From Epiperipatus broadwayi (Eukaryota; Animalia; Onychophora): a DNA stretch of 64,000 nucleotides. The stretch's first letter is position 1. Each line of letters begins with the position of its first letter. The DNA lies in the NCBI GenBank assembly GCA_028023455.1, contig JAQFVV010000010.1, positions 15,686,001 through 15,750,000 on the forward strand. Direction: 5' to 3'. Positions 1 through 12,699 of the stretch are shown here, in pieces. The translations under genes were made by a program, and so were the position numbers. The notes beneath the pieces are model-generated. The model saw nothing but the letters and a program-made list of their open reading frames with translations, was not told where the DNA came from and made no database searches.

Positions 1-1060
1 CGAGCTGCAGGAACGATTAGTAAGTGCAATTTTGTAGACCACCTGGGGTACAAGCTCCACAGGTATCTTGTCTTTAGTATTGTTCAACAAATTATAAAGA
101 GACGGTGGGGTGATTTAAAGCTAACTCTATATGTATTAGCGAAATGTTCCTAAGATTATTTGCAATATGGAGAATGTTAGGAAAGCTTATCCATGCTTTA
201 GGCATACTATTAATGTTTTCAACTTTATTTGCATTGATGTAAAATTTTGTTTCAATAAGCATGTTATGATTACAACCAAGCCCTATTAAATCATTGATCC
301 ATGCATCTATGTTGTTTTTTCTATCTGCCTCATACTTGCATAGATTTTTGTTTGTGCTCTATTGGGACTTTTGACATATGAATAGCTCTCTCTGTTTGTA
401 AAGGTTTAAGCTTCATTTTAAAGTCAAGCTGATTTTTATTTTTCTGAACATACATGTCCAGAAAATTAATCCCATGATTGATGTCTTTTACTTCAATAGT
501 CCATTTCAGAGGCAATATATTTTCGAGCTCTAATCATATATTCTTGATCTGATCCTTTGCCCCATATATAAACATGTTTACATACCGCATATAAATATTG
601 TTAGATGAAGGGGCTAAATATTTAGGCAAGATATTATTTTCAAACTTAGACAGAACAATGCTATAAACAATACCACTGAGTAGTAAACTCATGGGCCAAC
701 CATTCTCCATTTTATAAAATTCATTCTTGGCTATTGCTACAATTTCTCTATCAATCCATTTTAAGACTTCTATTATAAACTTTTTTTTATATGGATTGTA
801 GTTAATTTGCTGCAAGGTATCTTGATTGATGTTAAGGGATAGATCAGGAAACACTGAACTGTAAAGTTCTTTTATTATATATCTAAAGAGGCTAGCTGGT
901 AATTCTTATTAATTTTTATTTTTTTAAATTTTATCCACGCACTCAAAAGATGATTCTGGCAATGTTTTGCCAAAAGCTGGATCAGTGCAATTAATTAATT
1001 AATTTATATCTTTTAATCTGAACTCAAAGTCAATGAGTGCTTTAGAATTACATATTTTCA
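1..1060 (-). mobile_element. Degenerate Penelope-like element (RT, linker, start of GIY-YIG)
   Basis: Frameshifted RT motifs 'DI..ELYSSV', 'NGWPMSLLLS', 'YMRYV', 'INFLDM' (ORFs 534-854, 330-515), then 'KDKIPVELVPQVVYKI' near positions 20-70. Confidence 0.75.
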
Positions 1061-1338
1061 TGAAAATAATTAATATGTTGAGACTTACATATCAATTTTT
1101 AAAAATGTAATAGAATATTATAAGTTCAGAATAATAAAATGTTTAATAAGACAACACTTTATATGCAATTTATATATATTTTTCTCCCTTGCTAAAAAAT
1201 TAAATGTAAAAATTGCTCAAAATTGTAATTTTAGCAATATTTAAAATAACAATAAAAAATAACCACTAACAAACTGTATAAAAAGATTTGTCTTTAATAA
1301 ATATTAAAATATATACTAAATAAAAAAATGTTTGTTAC

Positions 1339-1497
1339 CTCCATAGTTTTTATATCAATAAATGAATGTGCTTTAACTCTAAGGTGCTGGACTTTAACAG
1401 CAACAGGTGTCCCATCTTTAAGCCTTGCTTTATGAACTTGTGCTAATGATGCTACTCCTAAAGGCTGAGATTCAAAATCCACAAAAATTTCGTTCAC
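1339..1497 (-). CDS. ADCK1: ADCK1 coding exon 4 (gene continues beyond position 1)
   Basis: tttag|...|gtaaca, 159 nt, phase 0/0; [53 protein letters not shown] has the 'ASLAQVH' and 'VAVKVQ' kinase motifs. Confidence 0.96.
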
Positions 1498-2574
1498 CTA
1501 AATAATATTAATTTTTTAACATTATTATTATAATTTTTGCTGCAATTACTTTATAATCAATATATTGATAAAGTTGATTAATCCTCTCTTATAACAATGA
1601 ATCAATTATAATTAATTTATAATTCCCAAAAAAAATTCAAATTTAACATCTTTTGACATATGTTTGTTAGCTTTATTTCTAAATTGAAGGATTTTAAATC
1701 TTTTTAGTTATTATCAGTTTTTATTACTTACAATTTCACTTAAATTGTAAGAAACACAAACTGATAGTGATTGGTTTAAAAAATTGAAACATTAAAATTA
1801 ATGATGATTGTATAACAATAAATTACAATTAGAAACAGCAGTCTAAGTTATTAATAAAAGCACAAACATAAATAAAAAGAATTTTTAATTTTTCACAATT
1901 ATGCCAGAAACAATGGTAGACATGACTTACTCTGATCTCTAAATTCCAAAACGATGTGAAATGGAATAAATTGAAACAGTGAAAAAATAACTGAATGATA
2001 GTACTTCTGAGATATAAAACTTAAAAATAAGTTTACATTATTTACAAAGTGTGAATTAAATGTCTCAGTGACTGAAGAAACCTTTGCTAAACAAAAGACA
2101 TTGAAAGATGTATATCTGTGATTTCCCAAATGCATTTTGGTTTCTTATTTGAAGAATCCATCTTCCCTCATTTTAACACTTATTTCTCTATTAAAATTTG
2201 GTATTAGTATATATCAGTTATTAATTTTTTCTTCTGTAATGTTTGAAAATATATTTTCTGTTGTTACAATTATGATCAAGACTAAAGAACAATAAGGTCA
2301 TGAAAAAAGATGCAAATCCTCTTTATAAGAAAGTAAAGTAAAACACAATATAGATTTTAATATTTAAATACAAGTATAATGTATTTAAAATAACCCCCCC
2401 CAAAATTCATACTCTTTACATTAAATTTTTTAAAAAACAAAAAAAAAACTAAAATTTATTGGTTGGGAAAAACCATTGGGGTAAAAGGGTTAGATCCGTT
2501 CTTAACCCGACAGCGACTCCCTGTCTGTTTCTATACTGAACTTTAGATATAATTAGAGGAGATTTAAAGCAGAC

Positions 2575-2835
2575 TTCCAAGCTCCCTTCAACTCATCTGA
2601 TGAGTGATGGTTGAGCATGAAATATGTATCTTTTTCACAAGTATGTGATCATATGTATTGATATATTAGATGGAGTGGATAGTTGAAGGGAGCTTATGAA
2701 ATACATATATTGGAGATCATTTATCTTTTTCACATGCATCAGTATAAGTGCTTATTTGCGAGCTCTTTATATAACCTTTGTAATACAAGCTTGTTTAAAT
2801 TATGTCATGTGACATCTGACTTGATTTTTTTTTTT
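2575..2835 (+). ncRNA. Hammerhead-bearing repeat, family C (degenerate pLTR-like remnant)
   Basis: CTGATGA at 2597, stem II remnant, GAAA at 2619; partial second copy 'GAAAtacatatattgg' near 2698; homologous to 22800-22900; ends in the shared 'gtcatgtgacatctgactt' tail. Confidence 0.6.
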
Positions 2836-3976
2836 TTTGTAATATAGATTTTAGTAAACATGAGAGCTATTATTAGTAAGTGAAAAAGATTAAATTTACC
2901 TAAGTTATTTCACATTTGTCAAACTTATCTACATTAGTTGTAAATCTATGAAGAGTACTAGAAAACGTTTTCTTTCACTACATTACCCATTAAAATATAT
3001 AGCTACCCAGTTCAAGTTTATCATTTAAGGGACGGCAATATTTTTTTAAAAAACAGTGAATTGATTTTCACCAATCATGGATTGAACTGCAGCAAGAAGT
3101 CATTGTTAAACTATTGATCTTGAAGCAAAAAAAAAAAATAGATGGACATTTTCATTATCCATTTTTATGCAAAATAAAAGGCTGTTTAAATTTTCAAGAT
3201 AGTGACTTATATTATAGTTAAATAAAACTAAATAATTATTTTAAAGCACCAAATCCAATCATTGCTAAGAAGCAATGTAAAGATATTTTAAATAATTAGG
3301 TTATGCATTGCATTGAATCTCTTTTCTAAATGCTACTACCAAATATGCAAATTTTATTGACTCTAGCAACCAGTATTTAGAACTAGATTATAAGCTTAAT
3401 AAGAGTATGACATAGCTCTAAATATCACGTACTAAAATAAATTGCAATAACAGAGAAGCAAGCAATGGCAAATTATTATTACTTTATACATTCTACTTCA
3501 ATACAAGATATTCCAAAATAAACCATAGTTTTCCCAACAATTAATTGTACTCTAGAGCCATCTATACAAACATAATGTCGGATTGTAATGCCTATATAAT
3601 TAGACGAGCAAATTTTAAACCCAGAAAGAAATCATTAGCTTTAAGGATTATTAAAAAATGTAAAGGTGACCTAATGCTTCACATTTAATGAATGGTCAAA
3701 TCAGTCACTAATGAGTCCAGGAGTTCAATTGGTACTACCATCAAGTAACCTTTAATTATTCATGCATACATGGAAGACATAAAAATAGAGTGTGGTAACA
3801 ATCATTTAACAATTGTTATACTAAAAAACTGTATTAAAGAATTATACATTTGACCAAAGAAAAGTGCTTACATATAAATAATAAAAAATGTTTGAATAAA
3901 GAACTAAAATCTTGAAATTCATTAATATCTTTATGAAAATATTGACCGATTTTCTTTATTTCCAGAATATATTTGC

Positions 3977-4907
3977 TTTCCCTATTTATTTCATTCCAAT
4001 ATCAGCCTTTCAAGCTAATTGAGCACGCGCCTTTTGAGTGTTAAATAAATGACTACTCTCTTCTTCAATCCAAGATATAGTATTTATGCAGGAATAAAAA
4101 GAATCCCTCTTATTCCTACGACTCAAATTCTTTTATATGAGCAAATCTGAAGAACTGTTAAAGAGAGCGTGAGTAGATTCTCACTTTAAATTACTATTTA
4201 CGATGTTTTTTGGCTGAATGACGTTGGTGTAATTACTTAGAATTTACTAAACGTCATTCTTACTGAAATTTAATTATGAGTAAATAAGCAAATATTTTAT
4301 CTAGCGCCGTGCTTGCAATTATATTTCATTCCAATATCAGCCTTTCAAGCTAATTGAGCACGCGCCTTTTGAGTGTTAAATAAATGAATACTCTCTTCTT
4401 CAATCCAAGATATAGTATTTATGCAGGAATAAAAAGAATCCCTCTTATTCCTTTATTCATTTATTTAACACTCAAAAGGAGCGTGCTCAATTAGCTTGAA
4501 AGGCTGATATTGGAATGAAATATAATTGCAAGCATGGTGCTAGATAAAATATTTGCTTATTTACTCATAATTAAATTTCAGTAAGAATGACGTTTAGTAA
4601 ATTCTAAGTAATTACACCAACGTCATTCAGCCAAAAAACATCGTAAATAGTAATTTAAAGTGAGAATCTACTCACGCTCTCTTTAACAGTTCTTCAGATT
4701 TGCTCATATAAAAGAATTTGAGTCGTAGGAATAAGAGGGATTCTTTTTATTCCTGCATAAATACTATATCCTGGATTGAAGAAGAGAGTATTCATTTATT
4801 TAACACTCAAAAGGCGCGTGCTCAATTAGCTTGAAAGGCTGATATTGGAATGAAATATAATTGCAAGCACGGCGCTAGATAAAATATTTGCTTATTTCCC
4901 TATTTAT
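3977..4907. mobile_element. Young tandem-plus-inverted (foldback) insertion of a 335-bp monomer with 13-bp TSD
   Basis: About 1.4 monomers forward (3987-4452; 'tcattcc' at 3991 and 4326), then about 1.3 monomers inverted (4454-4897); only a few mismatches; TSD tttccctatttat at 3977-3989 and 4895-4907. Confidence 0.9.
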
Positions 4908-5433
4908 ATAAATCTATATTGAGTAAATTCATAAAACTGTATAATGCAATAGCACACAATGTAATAGACAAAAGCCATTTTCCCAGAATGTCAAATTTTA
5001 ATTAGACCAACTTTTTGTCACAATATGCATTAAAAATTTTAATAATAAAGATTTTTAATTATTAATCATACCATTTTAGTGAGCATTTTGTTTACAATTT
5101 TAATGGCAAATATTTTGCCATTTGATTTCAAGCAAAATCAAAATTAATAAAAGAAAATTGATTTATTTTTCTGATAATATATATTAATTTATAAACATAA
5201 AAGCCTTTCATGTTGTATTTCATATAATAATAGTAGTAGTAATGAAAATTTTATATTTGTTACATCAATAAAAATAAAAGAAGTTCTTACACTTAAAAAA
5301 ATAAACTTTTAAACACAAAGGTGTAATGGGGGGGGGGTATTAAAAATGATAAATATAGTAATGGGGTCATTTTAAGAAATGTAGTACAATATACATTATT
5401 TACAGTAAAAATATTTTCTGATTTTGTCAAATT

Positions 5434-5569
5434 TAATTAAAACTACTTTTTTTTTTTCATGTGTCATAGCATCGACCGGGAAGTGAACCCGCTAACCCGG
5501 GACAACTGCTTGTAAGGTAGATGTGCTGACCTCTCGACCACCAACGCTTGACGTAATTAAAACTACTTT
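5434..5569 (-). mobile_element. Short (~105 bp) tRNA-derived SINE with poly(A) tail and 16-bp TSD
   Basis: Minus strand: A-box-like TGGTCGAGAGG, B-box-like GGTTCACTTCC, poly(A); TSD taattaaaactacttt at 5434-5449 and 5554-5569; second copy at 40.2 kb. Confidence 0.85.
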
Positions 5570-6242
5570 ACTGTAATATAATGTTAATTTATTAGGATTC
5601 ATCAATTTTGAGAAATTTTTTGCCTTGCTTCATTTGAAAGCAAAAAGCACTTAACCTAGAACAAACTGCCCCAGGCCAAGAGCTTATGTAATTCTGACAG
5701 TCTTATTGCATTTAAAAGGAGAATCCTCTTTTAAATACTAGCCTAGATCTTAATATAGAGAACAAAGCACTGCTATTTACATTATTGGTTCTGATTGTCC
5801 ATTAGAAGCTCAAACTAAATTCAATTCGTAAGAAAAGAAGGGAGTGGAAGCTCTAATCTCGAGCTCCAAACGTTAAGTAAGCCTTTAACTTTACGTTCGT
5901 TATAATGGAGAGTGATAATTTCATTAATCATAGTCAAAGTAAACAAACACTAACATTCGAAAATAAAACAAATACAGCGGACATAATTCTCGCGTTGTTT
6001 CAAACTCAATATTAAATTCAAATGGCAAAGATTGTCAATCCAAATGGCCCAAAACTCTTTCACTTCATAATAATGAACCTTCAATATCATTTAATATCCA
6101 AAAAGTTTCCAAAAATAATAACTACGACCCAAATTCTAGCATAAATAGCCAAATAGCCTGCAGTCAAACTGCAAATACTACCACAAAAACCGCAGGAAAA
6201 CATAACAATACCCATATTTGCTCACAGATTTCTGCCGAGGAT

Positions 6243-7593
6243 ATGTTCATGAAATGTAATCCCAGTTTTCAATCCTCTAACACTTCAAACAAAAGAGAAA
6301 ATAACTACGTAGTGACAAATAAGAATAACCATCAAAACAATTATAGTGAAAACTTTAATCCGCTAGGGGCCAGCAAAAACGCTCCTAATGGCGGACAGAA
6401 AAATTTTAAAATAAATTTTAAAGAACCACCACATAATCTTAAAGATATACACACTCAATTATATGATACTAATTACCCTACAGATGATATAATCACAAAT
6501 TTATCTAACTCCAATGAAACAAACCTCTTGCAATCTGACATTTCAAACAAAACATTATCGTATGCAAACGCTGTGGGTTTAAGCAAAACCGTAAATAATA
6601 CCGAAAATGTTATGGTAGCTAATTCACATGAACTCCTTTTAGATCTAACAGATTATGAGGTAGAACAGCACTCAGAACTTAACTATAGCACTTCTGATTA
6701 CAATTCAATAGATATCAATAATTTAAATGAAGAGATATACCAAACGATCACTAACAATTTCAATAAAACCATACCAAACATTCTTTATAAGTCATTATTA
6801 AACTACTATAATGACAAATCACTAATATTAGCGATTACAAACCAAAATTGTTCTCTCTTCAAGTTTTCCATGGATCAACTCTACACCCTCATCAAACAGC
6901 AGCAACTTGGAAAAGGAATTCACAAGATTCTAACCCATCCCAATGACCGTTATGTGGTCATTGAGTTCAAAACCTGGGTGGACAGAATGAATTTTAGATC
7001 TAACTTCAAAGTGTTAGGCAATCATATATTATGCTTCATTGACATGACAGTTACACTATCCGGAAAAATCAAAAACTGTCTTGCAAATTTCAATGAACAG
7101 GAATTGCAAAATATACTCATCAACTATGGCGATATTAACAAGTTCAATTATCTGAATAGTCCACATCTTGAAGATCAAATCTTGCCTAACTGTGATATTT
7201 TCATTCAACCTAAAGAAAAACATCTCCCCCATTGACATCCCCACCATCATAACTGCCAGAAGTTCATCATTGGTGTTACCATTTCGAGGGGTATGGCCCC
7301 AATGCTTCTACTGCCTCCAAAGGTCACATCTCATAAAAGATTGCATGGCTCGAATATGTAACTATTGTGGCCTTAAAAAGAATAAAATACATCATCACAG
7401 TGGGAAATCTAGCAATCCATGGCTCACACCAATTCACATCAATCAAACAACACCTAATCCTACCACAAACAACAACTCTACCCAGGTTCATATCACCCAA
7501 ACCTCAACAAAAATTTCAAACAAACCTGAAAAGACATCTTCAAATATCACAATCACCAATACATCCTCACAAACCAATACTATTCAAGAATGA
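6243..7593 (+). pseudogene. LINE ORF1 (RRM-like region plus CCHC zinc knuckle), frameshifted
   Basis: 'VVIEFK...ELQNILINYGDI' then 'GVWPQCFYCLQRSHLIKDC...CNYCG' (C-X2-C-X4-H-X4-C). Probable original start near ATG 5906. Confidence 0.8.
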
Positions 7594-8493
7594 ATGGAGA
7601 TAGAAGCTGACACAAACCTCATGGAATGATCTTGTTGACCAAAATCTCACATAAGAAGTTCATAAGGCCATCACTTATCTTAATAAAACTGACCTAGACA
7701 TAAAGGAAGGCAAGGATCTCTCAAAGCCAATAGACATTGAAGATAGCAACTATACCACTATAAAACCCAAATCCACCTCCATCCAGCAAAAAAATATCTT
7801 TGTTATCACAACAATTAGGTCCATTGATTCCTTCTGTGTCCAATAAAGGCAAGCAAAACAATCAGCAGACAACTCACAAAACATTTATCCCTGAAAAACA
7901 TTAAAGAAGTCTGTAAATGTAAACTGTTTAATCAATAGTAAGTCTCAAGTCACCCAACTGTCACCGCCATCAGAACATTGTCCAGAGCTCAAGGAAAACC
8001 AGGAAAACAATAACCTGCAAAGACTTTCCAACAGGCAAAAAACCTAAAAAAGAAGGTAAATTGAAAGCAAAACGACAAAACATTATAGATATATCTGCAA
8101 TTGCAAATCAAACTAATAAGATACACAAAGAAAGTCAGTTCTCTCAGACAAATCCAGCTTAGATGAAGAGAACGCTCAATCTTCAAACGATTTACAACCT
8201 CCCTCTAACAATCAAACAACAGCCCATCTAAGCATATCAAATCTTTTGAAAAAGAGGAAAACTATGGACCCCCCAATTTCCAATCCCCTGGAACCATTGG
8301 AAGACACCCCAACAAATTATACCCCTGCTTCAATATTGGATGACTGCCAAGAAGAATTTCTACCAGCCCTTTCCTCACTTTCGCAGGTGCCTCTGAGAAA
8401 GCGGATGCTTCAGAAGACCCAAACGACATTGGTTGGGAAGATTCGTCCACTGACTCAGAGCTGCTGGTCAAAGAGACATAAAACTAGATTGTT

Positions 8494-11400
8494 ATGAACT
8501 GTAAAATCGCTGGAGTCAATGTTCGTGGCATCAACTCATTAAGTAGAGCCTATGCTATTAAAAACTGGATTGCCCTCAACTCCGCGCATATATTCCTAAT
8601 GGGATTAACTAAATACCATCTGAACACTGATCATAAAATCCTAGCACTGCTTTCGTCATCAAGTTATACCAGATTTTCTATTAGTTCCTCGGCTTCTGGA
8701 GGAGTTGGCATCCTGGTTAATAATGCAATACCTCCCAATAGCTTTAATCTTCTACTGTTAGATGCCAACATGGTTATCATTGAGGTTGACTACTGGGGCT
8801 ACCCTATTATCGTTGCCTATGTGTACATGGCCAATGACACAACTCAATATTACAACATAATCCATATGCTAAATGCCATCATCAGCAACAGAACCAGTCC
8901 AACAACCCTCTTGGGAGATTTTAATACCACCTACCAAAACTTTAACACTAGATTCGTCCATCACTTAAAACCAAAGACTGATGTGCAGAGAGGGGTTCTT
9001 CCCCCTGGGTGCCTTCTCCTTTTACACCAGAACTCAAAGATCCCTGATTGACTTGATATATTATACACCAGACCACCACTTTTACATTGATGCAGCTTTG
9101 GTTCCTGTCTCCTTCTCAGATCATATGGCATTAGTTATCCATCTAGAAGCTATTGTGGTTCCAATGCCTGCTGTGGGGCCTGGCACAACTATGTGTATGG
9201 TCACAAAGTCCAGCATGACAGAAGCCATAGTTTCTGAGACCTACATTTATTTCCAAAAGATCAACATCCTTTCCCTTCCAGCTGAAGAAGCCTGGTTCAC
9301 TTATATCAGTATTCTCCAATCCATTCTAAACCATCACACCAGGAAAATTAAAGGCCCAAATAGCCTACTCAGAGACCTCACAGACATTGAAAATCCAACT
9401 ACAAATACTGCAACAGAATCATTCCAATATAGAAAACATCTTATCACTTAAAAACCTTTACTGTATTAAACACAAATCACTCGCAGAATATATATCCATC
9501 AGGAGGTCTAAATACTTCTTGTCTCAACAACATTGTTGGACAAGAGGATACCTCAGGTGGGCTCTAGGGACAAATAGACAACAAGTTACCCCATCATCAA
9601 TTACCAGTGATGGTAACACACTCATAGCTTATCCTATGATGTTATTCATCAGTCAGCACCATCAACAACTAATGCAAGCAGATAGTCCTTCTTCTGAACC
9701 AGACTGGCTGGAAGCCGGGGATCCAGGTGAGCGTGGCATCACAGAAGCCCTACTTAAAAAGAAACTTATGTCTCTCCTGGATAGCAATCATCCATGACTA
9801 CATGGCATCCCTAAGTTCCTTCTAAACCACCTAAGCCAGTTTACGGTTCCCATCATGGTCAAAATGATTGAACACTTAGCTACTGGACACAGAAATATAG
9901 CTGATCTATATCCGGTTGCACTCATGCCATTTTTGAAAAAACAAAAACCATTCACTGATCTAACCAGTATTCGACCAATCTCCATGACCCCATTGCTTAT
10001 CAAGATAATGGAATCAGTCATCAAGAATCAAATTCAACCTATAATCCTTAAACACATTTCTCATAATCAATACAGGAAAAAAAGGCTCCTCCACCTCACA
10101 TGCTATGGCTAACATTATGGCTCTCATTGATTATATCAGAATACAAAAGAAATTTAAACCCATTGCTGTCCAGATGGATATTGCTGCAGCTTTTGATTCA
10201 GTGCACATAGACATCCTTCTGAATCTGCTGGCTGAGTATGATGTTCCAGCCACCATTTTACAGATAATCAGCAATCTATTAAGCAACAGAGAAATCTTTG
10301 TCTCACTGGATAGCAAGCTCACACCAGGCTTCAAACCTTTTAAATCTCTCCCTCAAGGTTCCCCCCTCAGTGCTCTATGCTTCACAGCATACATAAATCC
10401 TCTACTGATGGATATTGAAAAAAATCTCCCAGGCATATTCGTTCCATCCATCAATAAACACCTCAACTCATTTGCCTATATAGATGACATCATCATTATT
10501 CTACCTACCATCAAATACCTTCCCCAACTACAATCCATTTTTAATCAATATTCTGCAAAATATCATTTACAAATAAACCCCAACAAATCATCTATCTGGC
10601 AGATAAAGTCAGGAAAACAAATGCCATCTACCTATACTGCTAAGCCACAAAGATTTTTGGGGTTTCCCCATCTTCAAATCCTCAATGGCAATGACCAGAG
10701 AAATACAGGACGGTATCCTACAAACAACAGAACACATACCTCTCTCTCTAGAGTCTAACTCTCACTATATGGAAAGGTAGACCTCCTAAATATGACAATA
10801 TTACCAAAAATTATATATTACCTGCCCTTCATCAAACTAACCAAACAGTTTCAGAACAAAATTAATCACCTATGCACCAAACTCTTCTGGAGAGGGAAGA
10901 CTGTGGCCATCAGCCTCCGACAAATCCAGCTGCCTCGAAGATTCAATGGCTTATCTTTCCACTCTATTCAAGCAGCCATCCTCCAAAAAACACAAAAAAC
11001 ATACACTACATAATTTAATACATTCCTTTGGCTATAACAACATCACCGAAAAGATTTCCCCAACAAATCAACCCCCACCAGGGAAAATGCCGTGGATATC
11101 GTCCCTTATCAATTATCTAAATGAATACAAACCAATCATGGACATCAATCTCGATGTTAAAATCGCCTTGTGGGATGCGTACCACCTAATCAACCCTCAC
11201 CCACAACCTCCTGAAAGTAGCCTCAACCTCACAAACCAAAAATTAATCACCCACTTTAAAAGATGGTGTCTGGAGCCCAAGTATCTGGACTTCATCATCA
11301 AAATTAACCTTAGCGTGCTTCCCACAAACTGGTTCCTGTTTTACCGAAGAGGTAACTCCAACATTGATCCGACCTGCAGTTTATGTTCTCATGAAAAGGA

Positions 11401-11753
11401 AACCATTGAGCACTTCATATATCACTGTCCAAACCTTAAAACAGTCAGAGATAATAGTCTTCACCATCTCCAATATCAGACTGGACCTAATTCTCTCACC
11501 CATAAAAACGATCCACACCGGAACATTTGCTATTATTAGACTATCCATTTTCATTCTCTATGCAATCTGGGTAGTACGCTGCAAGTTGATAATGGAACTG
11601 CCCCATCTAGACCCAGGTCCATTGTTCTGCAAAACAATAAAGAAAATCAGGAAAAGAGATGAGCTCATCTCTCCCAAAAAATCACTTGAGGACACTTGGA
11701 ACCTATTCACCCTCCCAACTAATAACAGAACAACAAACATGCTGGCCTACTAA
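8494..11753 (+). pseudogene. LINE ORF2 (APE endonuclease, RT, C-terminal zinc finger), frameshifted
   Basis: 'NVRGINS', 'LLGDFN', 'FSDHMAL'; RT 'IRPIS', 'DIAAAFDSV', 'LPQGSPLS', 'AYIDDI'; 'CSLCSHEKETIEHFIYHCP'. Confidence 0.92.
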
Positions 11754-11959
11754 ACCATTCACAAGAACTCTCAGAACTTAGCATAATCTCATTTAACTTT
11801 GTATATATCCTTTCCAATTTGTACACAAAATAATTAATAAATATATTTTTTGAAACAACAAGTATATTGTTTATACTGGTGTAAGAAATCAAAGTATAAC
11901 AAACTTTTTAATTTTCTTAGCTATTACAAAAAATGCCTCCACTGGTAGGTTATTTACTG

Positions 11960-12193
11960 TAATACAATATTTTTGATGGATGTTTTACATGGAAATGGGT
12001 AAAGTTATCCATTTATAAGTGCTTAATAAGAAAGAACTTAACCTAGAACAAACTGCCCTAAGCAAAAAGCTTATATAAGACTATCAGTGCTACATACGCT
12101 CATGACTTGGAAGAGTCAGTTTGTGTAGGTTAAGTGGATAATTCCACCCATTAAAGATTTCCATGTGAAACATCCATTAAAAATATTGCATTA
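11960..12193. mobile_element. MITE-like imperfect palindrome
   Basis: Arms taatacaatatttttgatggatgttttacatggaaat... and ...atttccatgtgaaacatccattaaaaatattgcatta. Its core cttaacctagaacaaactgccc also occurs at ~5650, a second degenerate copy. Confidence 0.6.
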
Positions 12194-12699
12194 AGTTAAG
12201 TTATTCTAAAAATTAAAAAGCTTAAATGGACATGAAATAAGAAAGGAATGAGGAATCAATAGCCTTGAGTAATCTTTGACTAAATATAATAAATAAATGA
12301 TCTAAGAGGGGGAAAACCTCTTAATTTCTGCTGGGATTGGAAGTGTAACTGCTGCTCTTCAGATCGCATGAGACCTAAATTTATCTCTTGGGCAATTTAA
12401 TAATCTATATATAGACCAATGGGCATACAGAAATAATAATGATCTATAAGACCTGTTAAGTCCCTTGACTTGTTTCAGCATGTTTGAAGCAAGTCTATCC
12501 ATACAGGAAGCTTAAGGTACATACACTGACATCCCGCATTGAGGCTAAATGTTCATCTACAAACCAGAAGCTTCCAATAGCAAGTGTCAGTTTCTTTTCT
12601 CACTTGACTTTTATCAATTGATTGTCCAAATACTCTTCTGATTGGCTCTTTTTCCAGATCCCCCCAACAAGGTAATTATTCTATTTGGTTTAATATGTA

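Larger units (their letters stand above)
5826..11850 (+). mobile_element. Near full-length, decayed L1/Tx1-type non-LTR retrotransposon
   Basis: ORF1 and ORF2 fragments in the expected order over ~6 kb, 3' AATAAA near 11836; several frameshifts and stops; no clear TSD. Confidence 0.92.

Noticed and set aside
2068-2125. CTGAAGA...GAAA-gat gtat atc-TG hammerhead-like string
   Set aside because: G at the cleavage position, no stem I and a weak stem II.
5650-12090. ~55-bp direct repeat as the TSD of the L1-like element
   Set aside because: It is diverged, lies 170-190 bp from the element ends, and belongs to a separate palindromic repeat.
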